Source of the DNA: Candidatus Uhrbacteria bacterium
GTDB lineage: Bacteria > Patescibacteriota > Patescibacteriia > UBA9934 > GWF2-40-263
Direction of reading: 5' to 3'
NCBI GenBank assembly: GCA_016844925.1
Contig: JAERTI010000055.1
Span: forward strand, 65,459 to 129,458
DNA length: 64,000 nucleotides
Shown: in pieces, positions 1-12,027 of the stretch
Layout: every line of letters begins with the position of its first letter
Position numbering within the stretch: position 1 is the first letter of the stretch
Program-made: the position numbers and the translations under genes
The notes under the pieces: model-generated
Told to the model about the DNA's origin: nothing
The model's database searches: none
Seen by the model: only the letters and a program-made list of their open reading frames with translations

Positions 1-890
1 TGTGCGTATTTGCAACGCTGTGCACCCGTCGCGGATGCAGGAACACCGGCTCGCCGGCCCTGACTGAAACGGCACGATTAGCAGACCATCCGGCACCCCT
101 ACGGGGCGCCAACCCAACATCAGAATCCCCCCTATCGCCAAGCAAGTTAGGGGAGATGAAAGAAGGTATGTCACGGTTCTACCGTCGACTAGGCTGCCGC
201 TTGAGGCGACAAAACCCTTCGGGATGAAGCCGCGTGAACACGCCGCAAGGCAGGTTCGCAAAGCTGATGAGATGCTGATCACCTCTCTTGGGAGATCTAG
301 GACGTAAACCGGTAGGAAGCATTCGGGGTCTAGGCCCTAGCAATCTCCTGCGCCCCCACTCGGCCGCTTCGGTGGCTGGACAGTGGAGAGCTGCAACCGG
401 GGACTGAAGTCCACCATGGTCAACCAAGGCCCTGCGAACAACTCACAGACGTGAAGTGGCAAAGAGTGAAAGCTCGGAGCCTCGTCGACGGAAGAAGCCT
501 CCCAGGCATCGACCAAAAGACAAACGGAGCTGACGTGAGCGACACCTAGATACACCAATCGAAGTGACACGTTCAAAGGAGCGGCGGAGATGGTCGAGGC
601 GACTGGAAGCGAGAAGAGGCTACCCACCCGGGAAGCGAAACACTCGCCAAGGACGTCTCACCACTCCGACCGTTGAGGACCCTAGCCCCACGGGGCACCC
701 CCTCCCTCCCTCGGACGCTCTCGGGCGTCCAACACACGAAGCGGAACCGCAAGGAGAAGCTTCACCTACACGGGAACGGTTGCGCAGCAACTGAACCCAC
801 GTCGCACGCCTCACGGCCGACCGACAACGCCTCGTCCGCAAGGACAACGCGCGGACCCAACGCTTTCGAGCAGGGTCCGTATTTCTTTTT
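1..890 (+). ncRNA. Candidate large structured non-coding RNA (5' end may lie outside the window)
   Basis: No credible ORF. Dense hairpins with UUCG/GCAA tetraloops (ccc-TTCG-gg, gcc-GCAA-ggc, cggccgc-TTCG-gtggctg, gtcc-GCAA-ggac). Ends in hairpin GCGGACCC...GGGTCCGT plus a T-tract at 851-890. Confidence 0.6.
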
Positions 891-932
891 CAAACGTTTT
901 GAACACAACCGCTTTTCTGTTAGGGTTCGATC

Positions 933-1844
933 ATGACCATTATGGAGGCCCTCCAATGGGCCAATAACAAGCTCAAAAAGGCTGGTGTTGAATCTCCCAT
1001 GCTTGATGCAGAGATTCTCCTGGCACATACCCTTGGCCAAAGTAAAGCCTGGCTCTTTTCTCATTTCAACGACAAGCTCAAGACCCACCACAACGAACGT
1101 TTTCATGAGCTCGTCGATCGACGAGCTCAGCGAGAGCCCGTGGCCTACCTCACAGGAAAACGAGCCTTCTACGGCCGTGACTTCCAAGTAAACGCCATGG
1201 TGCTGATCCCGCGTCCTGAAACGGAAACCATGGTCGACGCCGCTCTGCACACCCTTGAAGAACACGACCCAGAAAAAACGCTCATCTGCGACATCGGCAC
1301 GGGCTCTGGTGCTCTGGGGGTCACCCTCGCTGCAGAGACCTCACTCCCAGTCATTGCCATCGATGTCGACAAGCAAGCTCTCGCCGTTGCACAACGCAAC
1401 GCCCAAAACCTTGGCACTGCTGACAACATCGACTTCCAACACGGCTCCCTGGCCGAGCCACTCATTCGCATTTTCAAAACCATTCGTGGACAGAAGAAGG
1501 TAAAGACGTCATCGGTCTACCCCTTTAAGCATCTGCTCATCACCGCCAACCTCCCCTATCTTCCCGAGGGACGACTCGACTCTACAGAGCCAGAAGTGCA
1601 CGCCTTTGAGCCCCACCTCGCCCTCATCGCAGGCAGAGACGGCCTGGATGCGTACTTCGACCTCTTCCGTCAGCTGCGCGATAACCGCCACGTCCTCCCC
1701 CGCCGCCTGACCGTCCTGATCGAGATCGACCCAGAGCAACGACGCGGCGCCGAGAAGCTCATCACGCACAGCTTCCCCACGGCAATACTGTCCGTACACA
1801 AGGACCTACAAAAACTAGACCGCATCATAGAAGTCGAGCTCTAA
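933..1844 (+). CDS. prmC: Release factor glutamine methyltransferase PrmC/HemK
   Basis: EPVAYLTG, VLIPRPETE, DIGTGSG and NLPY motifs. Confidence 0.95.
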   Translation: MTIMEALQWANNKLKKAGVESPMLDAEILLAHTLGQSKAWLFSHFNDKLKTHHNERFHELVDRRAQREPVAYLTGKRAFYGRDFQVNAMVLIPRPETETMVDAALHTLEEHDPEKTLICDIGTGSGALGVTLAAETSLPVIAIDVDKQALAVAQRNAQNLGTADNIDFQHGSLAEPLIRIFKTIRGQKKVKTSSVYPFKHLLITANLPYLPEGRLDSTEPEVHAFEPHLALIAGRDGLDAYFDLFRQLRDNRHVLPRRLTVLIEIDPEQRRGAEKLITHSFPTAILSVHKDLQKLDRIIEVEL

Positions 1845-1905
1845 CGCTTGACTTTTGTCTTTTCTAAAGCAATACTCCAGTCGCCTCAACGAAAGGAAGG
1901 TTCCC

Positions 1906-2730
1906 GTGAACTCTCGTTCTTCGCTCTCGGAAACACCGTACAGATTCAAGTCCGCTTTCGATGCGTACCACCGTGCCTCGCGCGGCGAGTCGCTCACCAA
2001 CCTGCGCGAGCGACGTGGCAGTGCAGCCAAGAAGTGCCTGGGCTGGCTGACCACCATCGTCGTGGGGCTGGCCTGCGCCGCACTGCTGTTCGCCGGCCCC
2101 GAGCTGATCACCACGATCCAGGGCGAGAACCCGCCCATGGGACCAGCGATGGTTGGCATGGTCCTGATCATGACCTCCTTCATCTGCCTCCTCCACGGAG
2201 GTCTCTGGCTTCCGATCCGTCTGATCGAGCTGGGTCGACTCAGTTGGAAGCTCAGGGGCACCAAGAGCCTCACGCGAACGCCGCGAGAGGAGCTCGAGCT
2301 CCTGAACACCCTGCACCGACTCGCCGAGCAGGTCCGAAACTCCCGGCTCCTGATCTACTGGTGCGAGAGTCGCTTCGGTGTCTACGAGCGTCTTCGTGAC
2401 AGCGGTCAGGTGGAGCGCCACCCTGAGGAGCGAACCATCAAGCTCGGGATCGAGCGGCTCGTCCGCCAGGTCGAGGAAGAGACCCGCGCCGTCGACGGTC
2501 TGCTGATGACCCACAAGAGCACCACCAACGAGGAGCTCCAGGGACTGATCAACCAGATCAAGTCTCGTGAAGGTCTTCACACGGTCGGCACGCGACTGAT
2601 GCTGCTCTCCACCATGGACCCGACCACGCAGCACGACCACTACATCGCAGCCAACAAGTACGAATACCCCGGCGACCCCGCGATCGGTGAGCTCCTCCCG
2701 ATCCTGCAGACCCGCCTCAACTTCGCCTGA
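1906..2730 (+). CDS. High-GC orphan membrane protein (2 TM)
   Basis: ORF 1855-2730. Likely GTG start at 1906 after AAGGAAGG. TTGACT-17-AATACT upstream and a terminator downstream. Confidence 0.7.
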   Translation: MNSRSSLSETPYRFKSAFDAYHRASRGESLTNLRERRGSAAKKCLGWLTTIVVGLACAALLFAGPELITTIQGENPPMGPAMVGMVLIMTSFICLLHGGLWLPIRLIELGRLSWKLRGTKSLTRTPREELELLNTLHRLAEQVRNSRLLIYWCESRFGVYERLRDSGQVERHPEERTIKLGIERLVRQVEEETRAVDGLLMTHKSTTNEELQGLINQIKSREGLHTVGTRLMLLSTMDPTTQHDHYIAANKYEYPGDPAIGELLPILQTRLNFA

Positions 2731-2805
2731 ACACGTCAGGCCGACCCCACCCCTGGGGTCTTTTTTCTTCCCAAACAAAAAACCGCCCACATGGGGCGGC
2801 TCCCT

Positions 2806-3900
2806 CTATTCAATTTCTATTGATCCCTCTCCTGGCACCACCTCAATCCATGTCACGCCAGCATTCATCACAACCTCTTCTTCACCAACATAGAACCTTA
2901 GACGCTCCGAGGCGCTCGGCTTCTCCCAACGCACCTCGATCACCTGGCCGTCCTGTAGCACGTACCCCTCCCCTTCACCGGTCGTACGAACCTCTCGGCG
3001 ACCAACGGAGTCGATGACGGATACGTCTGTGACAACTACAGCAATATTATCAGCTTCAATCCGCCCACCTTCATCTGTCACATGCGGCGCATCGAACTGC
3101 CAACGTTCATACCTTCCGGTTTCTGCGTTGTATTCCCAATCAACAGTATAAATCGGTGGGAAGAAATCGATATGAAGCGTTGATTCTGCCTCGGCAGGCT
3201 CTGGATCTTTAAACGTCCACAGGCCGTAGAGCCGCTCTGGGGCGACTCCCTGCTCCTCCCGAAGCTCGGAAAAAGCGAGTAGATTCTCACTCGAAGTAAA
3301 GACATTGTGTGGAGCGTATCGATCCGACGCGCGCCAGAAGTAACTCCCCCACCAGTACTGATTGAAATCGAATGTGCCCCCTGAGGCGATCAGGTCGAGC
3401 GCTGCGTTCGACCCACCAACGTGTGTGTAAAGTGCGTCGAGCTCATTGTTCCAATCAAGATAGTACGGACGCGCAGAGCGCACAGGACCAATCTTCTCTA
3501 GCTCCTGCTCTTCATGAAAAAATGCGAGCATGCGAGAGATCCCCGCCTCCACTGGCGCTTCCACAACCAGGAACGCCTCGTTGATTCCAGATGGCGGCCA
3601 GGCGTCTTCGTGATTGTCGATCATGACACCAAAGACACGCGGATAATCCGCAGGCTCTTCAGTCATTGAGACACCAGTTAATGGATGTTGATACATCACC
3701 ACATCCTCAACCGTATCCTGATCATCTGTTTGAGCACCCTCCGTCTCACCACGATAGACAAAATCCGGAAGGATCATTGCCACAAGAACACCAAGCACCA
3801 CCACAACCAGAAGACCGACGGACATTTGCCAGTCGGTCTTTTTCAAGCGCGTCTTTGCACGCTTGGTAGTCTTTTGTTCTTTCTTCTTTGAAGATGACAT
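2806..3900 (-). CDS. DUF3048 domain membrane-anchored protein
   Basis: PLTG, VMIDNH, EAGISR, IGPVRSARPY and APHNVF motifs; N-terminal TM. Confidence 0.85.
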   Translation of the reverse strand: MSSSKKKEQKTTKRAKTRLKKTDWQMSVGLLVVVVLGVLVAMILPDFVYRGETEGAQTDDQDTVEDVVMYQHPLTGVSMTEEPADYPRVFGVMIDNHEDAWPPSGINEAFLVVEAPVEAGISRMLAFFHEEQELEKIGPVRSARPYYLDWNNELDALYTHVGGSNAALDLIASGGTFDFNQYWWGSYFWRASDRYAPHNVFTSSENLLAFSELREEQGVAPERLYGLWTFKDPEPAEAESTLHIDFFPPIYTVDWEYNAETGRYERWQFDAPHVTDEGGRIEADNIAVVVTDVSVIDSVGRREVRTTGEGEGYVLQDGQVIEVRWEKPSASERLRFYVGEEEVVMNAGVTWIEVVPGEGSIEIE

Positions 3901-3902
3901 GA

Positions 3903-4565
3903 TTATTCAGCAGCCTTCTCTTCACCCTCAGCCTTCTCTTCCCCTTCAGCAGGTGTCTCTGCACCAGCATCACCAACTGGCTCATCAAGTTCAGCCATCT
4001 GTTTTGCTGTTCGTGGCTTACTGACTCCAGCAATGGTCAAGTTTGCATCACCAACAATCTCCATACCCTCTGGAAGCTCGAGGTCTGATACGCGAATCAC
4101 GTCATCAAATGTTGCAAGCTTGGAAAGATCCACCTGAATGGAGCGAACAAGCTTCGATGGGAGCGCTCGGACATTCACGGTATCTCGTGACTGCATCAGA
4201 GTTCCACCCAATGCCTTCACGGCAGCAGACTCACCAACGAGCTCGAGAGTTACAACCGCCTCAATCTCCTTATCCATATCTACGGATCGGAAATCGATGT
4301 GGATCACCTCGTCGCGAAGTGGGTCCAACTGATAGTCGTGAATCAACACGTGAAGAGGCTGTGCCTCAGCAACCTTGAGCTCGATAACGGAACTCTCACC
4401 AGCGGCTTTGTAGGTTTTAATAAATTGGTTTCGATCAACAGTAATCGACTGTGGATCAGTTCCAGCACCGTACACAACAGCAGGAACAAGACCTTCTCCG
4501 CGCAATACGGATGTTTTTCGGCCCTTTTCTGCTCGTGCCTGCGCTTGCAAGGTAATTTGAGACAT
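3903..4565 (-). CDS. rplY: 50S ribosomal protein L25/CTC
   Basis: VPAVVYG and HIDF motifs; long CTC-type C-terminus. Confidence 0.95.
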   Translation of the reverse strand: MSQITLQAQARAEKGRKTSVLRGEGLVPAVVYGAGTDPQSITVDRNQFIKTYKAAGESSVIELKVAEAQPLHVLIHDYQLDPLRDEVIHIDFRSVDMDKEIEAVVTLELVGESAAVKALGGTLMQSRDTVNVRALPSKLVRSIQVDLSKLATFDDVIRVSDLELPEGMEIVGDANLTIAGVSKPRTAKQMAELDEPVGDAGAETPAEGEEKAEGEEKAAE

Positions 4566-4642
4566 AAGATAAATTCGTAAGTAGCGGCGCTATTGTGCTT
4601 AAAAACGTCGAATACGTCAAGTCACAAACCGAAAGGCACGCC

Positions 4643-5116
4643 TTAGCGTGCCTTTTCATTTTTCTTTGTTTGTCTGAGGCGTTTTCGAATCACTTTTGAG
4701 AGCTGCTCTCTATAAACTCTTCCCAGTGACTCTTCCCAGCCTGGCGCGTCCATCCATCGATGAACTTCGATCACATCGTCCAGTTCAACGGCTCGTTCAG
4801 ATCGAAATCGCAGGACATCCTCATAAGCCAGGTCTGTCAGAAGCCCGACAGAACTTGCTCCCACTTGATTCACGAGAACCAGAGCGAGGATAGAATTTTG
4901 GCACTTGCGACACGTGACGTGCAGGAGCTGTGTCTGCCCTTGCGTCCCAAGCATACGCGCCTCCATGGGGTTATAACGCGTCTCGCACACCGGACAGAAT
5001 GAAACAAGTTTGAGCCCTTCATTCCACCGATCAGAACCTTGTGTTGATGACATACGGCCAAGATAGATTTCTAAGAACGAGTCCCCACGAGAATGACGAG
5101 TGTAGCTCGCCCTCAC
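4643..5116 (-). CDS. Hypothetical Zn-ribbon protein
   Basis: CPVC...CRKC; true start possibly at the internal MSSTQ. Confidence 0.7.
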   Translation of the reverse strand: MRASYTRHSRGDSFLEIYLGRMSSTQGSDRWNEGLKLVSFCPVCETRYNPMEARMLGTQGQTQLLHVTCRKCQNSILALVLVNQVGASSVGLLTDLAYEDVLRFRSERAVELDDVIEVHRWMDAPGWEESLGRVYREQLSKVIRKRLRQTKKNEKAR

Positions 5117-5138
5117 TCACTAAAAACAATACCACGAC

Positions 5139-6269
5139 TCATCTGAGATGACTACCGCGCCCACGGATCGCCACAGACTGAATCACCGCGGCAAGAACCA
5201 GCATCACCACCAAGGAACTTCCTCCGTAACTTACGTACGGAAGTCCGATACCTGTCACGGGAAACAATCCGAGGTTCATGCCGACATTCACGAGAAATTG
5301 AAGAAAAATAACGATCCCGACTCCCAGAACAAGATACGCCGTAAAATCGTCAGACGCTCGCCGGGCCATTTGCCATAGACGGACAAACAACAGCGCGAAC
5401 GCCACCATAAGAAGACTAACTCCAAAGAACCCAAGCTCCTCGGCAATCACAGCAAAGATAAAGTCCGTCTGACTCTCAGGCAAAAACTTCAGCTGGCTCT
5501 GCGTTCCAAATCCAAGACCACTCCCAAACCATCCTCCAGAACCAATCGCAATGATCGCCTGCGTCACGTTATATCCCTGACCGAGCGGATCCAAACTTGG
5601 ATCCAAAAACGTGAGGATGCGAGCCTTCTGATACGCCGCAAAGAAATATTGCCAACTCAGATAAAACGCTCCGACCCCCACGGTTCCCATAAGAGCAATG
5701 TACCGCCACGGCATTCCCGCGAACATCATCACCATAATCCACAACCCCATCAACACTGACGCGGACCCAAAATCGGGCTGCATGAGAACCAAGACCACTG
5801 GTACGGCCGTAATGAGGCCACTCTGATACAGGCTCCGTAGACTGAATGGACGCACAGCCTTTCGTGAAAAATACGTTGCCAGAGCAATCACAAGCGACAC
5901 CTTCATGAGCTCCACGGGCTGGAAGCTCACTGGCCCTAAAACAAACCACCCCGTGGAGCCACGAATCGTATTTCCAAACACCAACACGGCCGCAAGCAAT
6001 CCATTGCACAGGACATAGAATGCCAAGGAATAATTCTGGAGTGATTTGTAATTCGAAAGAGCGATGACAAGAAAGGCCGCTCCCCCCACTGCCATAGCAA
6101 TAAGCTGCTTTTTTACATTAAGAAAACTCCCTGATGCCTGAGAAAGCTCCACGGAATAAATCGCACTGAGCCCAAGGGCCAGCAAGGCAAACAAGGCCAA
6201 CAAAAATAACCAGTCCGCGCTACGCAGCTGGCCAATCCTCCGCACCATCGTGAGTGATCGTAGGTTCAT
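5139..6269 (-). CDS. rodA: SEDS peptidoglycan glycosyltransferase RodA
   Basis: FQPVELMK, QPDFGS, LPESQTDFIFAVIAEE and SYGGSS motifs. Confidence 0.93.
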   Translation of the reverse strand: MNLRSLTMVRRIGQLRSADWLFLLALFALLALGLSAIYSVELSQASGSFLNVKKQLIAMAVGGAAFLVIALSNYKSLQNYSLAFYVLCNGLLAAVLVFGNTIRGSTGWFVLGPVSFQPVELMKVSLVIALATYFSRKAVRPFSLRSLYQSGLITAVPVVLVLMQPDFGSASVLMGLWIMVMMFAGMPWRYIALMGTVGVGAFYLSWQYFFAAYQKARILTFLDPSLDPLGQGYNVTQAIIAIGSGGWFGSGLGFGTQSQLKFLPESQTDFIFAVIAEELGFFGVSLLMVAFALLFVRLWQMARRASDDFTAYLVLGVGIVIFLQFLVNVGMNLGLFPVTGIGLPYVSYGGSSLVVMLVLAAVIQSVAIRGRGSHLR

Positions 6270-6272
6270 AGG

Positions 6273-7220
6273 CTACCGGAAGACTCGAGTACGCGTGTCG
6301 CGCGTACTCTCCCCCTCAAGTGCCTTGTACGTATCAAGATCAAAAAGGTCAAGCTCGACCACCACCTCAACGTCCCCAACGGACGGCAATGCTCCGAACC
6401 AATTTAAGACCACCTCCTTACTTACACCACTATCTAAATCTGTCAGCGTCGTCCGATTCACCCCCACAACAGAATCTCCCTTTTTCAGAAGAACATAGAA
6501 AACAGGGTCGTAATAACTAAATGCCGTGGCATTCTCAAGCGTAAACGAAGTACGACCAAAAATCGTGTCATCAAATCTGGTCTCTTTGCTATAGACAAGA
6601 TCGCTCACAATAATATTGAGACGATCTGACGACCACTCCTGATAATCATTCACTACATGATGATCCACGCGACGCCAACGCACATCTTCTATAGAAAGCG
6701 TTGCTTCTGTAATCGGCACATCAGACTCCACGGCCAAATCCACTACGGGTTTTGTTTCTCCTGGAAGAATAAACCCCTCATGAACCTCACCATTCTCGAG
6801 GTCGGTATCAAACGAATACGTAAACTCCGCCCACCAGTCAGCATTAGGATTGATAAGCGATGCATACAAATCATACGTACCGCCCCCTGTAGAAAACACC
6901 TTCTCACGATCCACATCCAAATCCTCCGCGGCATTGGCAACCGTGTACGCATGCAGGTCAGCCTGCCCATACGCCACCATCTTCGCTACCGCCAATTGCT
7001 CATCCCCATAACTAATCGCAAACGCATCAAGAAGATGCCATCCACCAAACAAAAGAAGTCCTGTATCAACCGCAATGAACAGCCCGATGGCCAATCGTTT
7101 AATCTGCGCACGGTGACTCACCCACCACAGAGAAAACCGATACTGACGCTCTGTTTCTTTTTCCTCTTCTAGGAGTAATCCTCCATCTTCCATACGATAA
7201 AAGTATACCACGAGATCCAC
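6273..7220 (-). CDS. Hypothetical membrane-anchored protein
   Basis: 315-aa ORF with one TM and a beta-rich acidic ectodomain; directly upstream of rodA. Confidence 0.7.
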   Translation of the reverse strand: MDLVVYFYRMEDGGLLLEEEKETERQYRFSLWWVSHRAQIKRLAIGLFIAVDTGLLLFGGWHLLDAFAISYGDEQLAVAKMVAYGQADLHAYTVANAAEDLDVDREKVFSTGGGTYDLYASLINPNADWWAEFTYSFDTDLENGEVHEGFILPGETKPVVDLAVESDVPITEATLSIEDVRWRRVDHHVVNDYQEWSSDRLNIIVSDLVYSKETRFDDTIFGRTSFTLENATAFSYYDPVFYVLLKKGDSVVGVNRTTLTDLDSGVSKEVVLNWFGALPSVGDVEVVVELDLFDLDTYKALEGESTRDTRTRVFR

Positions 7221-7256
7221 CTATGTGGGCTTGGAATTCGCCTCCAAATCATGTAA

Positions 7257-9389
<2,133 letters not shown>

Positions 9390-9440
9390 AAAGGACACAG
9401 GGTCACTTGACCCTGTTTTTTATTTGCGGTAAATAATTTC

Positions 9441-9863
9441 GTCGTACGAGGGCTGTTCTGTCCAAAAGGACGATAGCGACCGTGAACGATCCCCCGCTCA
9501 ACGAACCCCATCTTGCCTTCGGGCGTTCCTAGAGGTGTTGAGCCCCCTGCCGAGCGAGATGACCTATGTACTGACGCTTCGGGACATGCTCGGCCCCACC
9601 GTCTGACGGTATTCGAGGTGCCGCAAGGCACGAAGCAGATTGTCAGACCCCCACGGCCAACGTAAAGGAGCAAAGACGAAAGTCGCTTCATGTCTTGTTG
9701 GCCCCACTGCTCGACGACACAACAGGTGCCCCACGGGCGATCCTAAATCTGTCGAGCCACCGCCTGACGATACTTCACCTGTGCCCCGCCACGAGTGGTC
9801 TCTTGTCAGACTCCTGATAGACGAGCATCTCCATGTCCTCAAACGGCGTGCTTGCTGTCTCTC
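9441..9863 (+). repeat. Guide-RNA-like stem-loop array 1 (8 units; TIGR-like)
   Basis: Unit = 6-nt stem, CG, N10, TG, inner loop, CG, N10, TG, complementary stem, then a C-rich linker. Stems covary: GCTCAA/TTGAGC, GCCGAG/CTCGGC, GTCTGA/TCAGAC, GGCCAA/TTGGCC, GCTCGA/TCGAGC. Confidence 0.88.
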
Positions 9864-9864
9864 C

Positions 9865-9890
9865 CCACCCCTTAAGGGTGGTTTTTTCTT
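9865..9890 (+). terminator. Intrinsic terminator ending array 1
   Basis: CCACCC-CTTAA-GGGTGG followed by TTTTTT. Confidence 0.85.
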
Positions 9891-9901
9891 TGATCTAATC
9901 A

Positions 9902-9930
9902 TTGACAACCCAACCTAAACCCCCTAATCT
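9902..9930 (+). promoter_or_regulatory. Sigma70-type promoter of the Tas-like gene
   Basis: TTGACA-17nt-TAATCT; AAAGGAG SD before ATG 9967. Confidence 0.75.
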
Positions 9931-9966
9931 CCCCTGTCGCCCAAAACGCGACTAAAGGAGCCGCTG

Positions 9967-11589
9967 ATGTCCCGGTTCATCGGAATCAGGCATCGCGTGA
10001 AGAAGACCGCAGATGGTGAGGCAAGGCCGACCCTCCTGCATGTCTTGGAAACGGGAAAGACGCACGAACTGGAAGATGACAACGCTGAGCTGGACTGGGT
10101 CCGGGGAACCTTCCCCACGGCCTGGCGCCCCATCAAGGAAGAAGACGACCTGAGCGAGATCAACCCCCGCCACCTCAAGTGGCGGACGGTTCGCAAGACG
10201 GATGATGTCTCACAGGTGGATCCGGCGCGCTTGCGCACGGTCAAGGGCAAGCGGCAGATCGCCATCAAGATGCCCAGTGCCTTCGACGGCCTGCGCAAGG
10301 GCGATGTGGTCGCCATGAGCTTGGGAGGATCGGGAGACCGACTCGCCTTCGCTCTGTCCAAGACGGCTGAAGAGGTCGGCAGCACTGTGCTTCGCCTTCC
10401 CCCCGCTACGCTCAAGGAGCGCCGCGGAGAGGAAGAGAAAGCGCATGACGCCCAGCTGCTCGCCAAGCTCGCACAAGACGAACCCAACCTCTTCCACGAG
10501 GTCACGACCGTCAGCCGCAGCATCATCATGGTGCGCGAGCGGCAGTCCAGGCGCATGGATGCCATGAAGGCCCGCATCGCCTGCGAGCAGCGTCTGCGCC
10601 AGACCTTCATCGGTCAGGTGTTCTGCACCGACGACGCGTTCGACGAGCTCGACATCGAGGCCAAGTTCACGGCCATGAAGGCCAGCGACCGGATCCTCGG
10701 CGTCCTCGTGGACGAAGAGAAGGCTCGGATCAAGGAACTGGACCGCGCGGTGAAGTCCACCGGTGTGTGGAAGCACATCCTGGACGACGTCACGGGCGTG
10801 GGCCCAGCAATTGCCGGCCGACTCATCAGTGCCATCGGCAACATCGAACGATTCATGATCGAGCCGGACCAGCGTGTCATGGACGAGCTGTACCAGCGAA
10901 GCGTACGACTTGAGCGCGAAGGTGACTTCGAGGGGCTCAAGAAGTACGTCAAGCAGGGAGACAGCAACTTCCAGACCCTGCAGCGCGCCGCCTCATGGTG
11001 CGCGAAGAACAACCGCCCCGTTCAGTCCGCCCTGCTGGAAGAAGCCGTCGAGTGCCACCGCCAGCGCTCACAACTCCGACACAGGGCCCGCAAGAAGGGT
11101 CAGGCCAAGCTCAAGGCGTTCTGCGGTGTCCACCTGGTGGTCAGCGCTGAGTGCACGAGCTGCCTGCGCCGGTTCTCCGAGAGTGCCATGCAAATCAAGG
11201 GAACGGACAAGTTCCGCACCGACTGCCCCGCCTGCGGTGGTGCCATCCACTGGAAGGGCTTGCTCCCGCGCAACACCAAGGGGCGCGTGAGTAACTGGCA
11301 TCCGGATGCTCGTCAGGCGCTGTACCTGCTCTCCAAGGAGCAGTTTGTGCGCCAGAAGGACCGCACCCGTTGGGGCAAGATGGTCCTGGAATACAAGCGC
11401 AAGCTGCGCGTGAAGCATCCCGAACCGGTTCAGGCCGGCGAAAGGTTGCTCTGGACCAATGGCATGGTGCACTCCACTGCCTGCTGGAAGACGGCCACCA
11501 AGTTCACCGAGTGGCTCTACGACCAATGGTCCGATCTGGCCCGCAAGCAAAAGCTCGCCGCGGCCCGAGCACGAGCCCGCCGCCGATAG
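9967..11589 (+). CDS. IS110/Nop-domain RNA-guided protein (TIGR-associated Tas-like) with degenerate RuvC and a Zn-ribbon insertion
   Basis: RuvC-like N-terminus (FIGIRH, DVVAMSLG, AHDAQLLA), coiled coil, HhH VTGVGPAIAGRLISAIGNIERF, KLKAFCGV, CTSC..CPAC, and Nop-like NWHPDARQALY and VHSTACWKTATKF. Flanked by arrays. Confidence 0.8.
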   Translation: MSRFIGIRHRVKKTADGEARPTLLHVLETGKTHELEDDNAELDWVRGTFPTAWRPIKEEDDLSEINPRHLKWRTVRKTDDVSQVDPARLRTVKGKRQIAIKMPSAFDGLRKGDVVAMSLGGSGDRLAFALSKTAEEVGSTVLRLPPATLKERRGEEEKAHDAQLLAKLAQDEPNLFHEVTTVSRSIIMVRERQSRRMDAMKARIACEQRLRQTFIGQVFCTDDAFDELDIEAKFTAMKASDRILGVLVDEEKARIKELDRAVKSTGVWKHILDDVTGVGPAIAGRLISAIGNIERFMIEPDQRVMDELYQRSVRLEREGDFEGLKKYVKQGDSNFQTLQRAASWCAKNNRPVQSALLEEAVECHRQRSQLRHRARKKGQAKLKAFCGVHLVVSAECTSCLRRFSESAMQIKGTDKFRTDCPACGGAIHWKGLLPRNTKGRVSNWHPDARQALYLLSKEQFVRQKDRTRWGKMVLEYKRKLRVKHPEPVQAGERLLWTNGMVHSTACWKTATKFTEWLYDQWSDLARKQKLAAARARARRR

Positions 11590-11600
11590 GTGGCTACCCA

Positions 11601-11914
11601 GTCGATCGAAAGGACCGCTGACGAACGTCGTCGTCCCTCGTGATCAACCCCCTACTGGACGCGCATGGACGCGCCCTAGTGGCGATGTGGAGGCATGTCC
11701 AGTCTCGTCGGACGAGGGCGCTCGCGTTTTAACGAACGTGCCTTTGTTTGTCCGACCCCCCACCGCTCGACGATGTTCGTCCTGTAAACAACGACGTAGC
11801 GCGTGTTGAGCCCCCTGCTGATCGAGATCACGATTGACGAACATCGTGGGCGAAATGATCATCCCACTGAGTGACGAAATGGCTGATGTGCTTACGCCGC
11901 CCAGCTTGTCACTC
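11601..11914 (+). repeat. Guide-RNA-like stem-loop array 2 (6 units)
   Basis: Same CG-N10-TG x2 architecture; stems include ACTGGA/TCCAGT, GTCGGA/TCCGAC and GAGTGA/TCACTC. Confidence 0.88.
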
Positions 11915-11915
11915 C

Positions 11916-11943
11916 CCACCCTCACAAGGGTGGTTTTTTCTTT
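11916..11943 (+). terminator. Intrinsic terminator ending array 2
   Basis: CCACCCT-CACA-AGGGTGG plus T-tract. Confidence 0.85.
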
Positions 11944-11972
11944 ACAGGTCGGAAGCTTAGCTTCCGACAGGG

Positions 11973-12001
11973 TTGACAAGAACCCCCTTGAGACCTAGTC
12001 T
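11973..12001 (+). promoter_or_regulatory. Sigma70-type promoter
   Basis: TTGACA-17nt-TAGTCT. Confidence 0.7.
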
Positions 12002-12027
12002 CGACAGTCATGCAAAAGGAGGAGCGC

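Noticed and set aside
2-890. Group II intron (GTGCG at position 2)
   Set aside because: No convincing domain V/VI and no RT ORF; the region ends in a terminator rather than an exon junction.
9953-9975. Self-targeting of the effector start (TAAAGGAGC matches one guide A; TGTCCCG matches part of another unit's guide B)
   Set aside because: Only half-sites, from different units; the partner halves do not match.
9967-11589. Active IS110 insertion sequence
   Set aside because: The DEDD residues and catalytic Ser loop appear lost, and the gene is surrounded by multi-unit arrays rather than a single bridge RNA.
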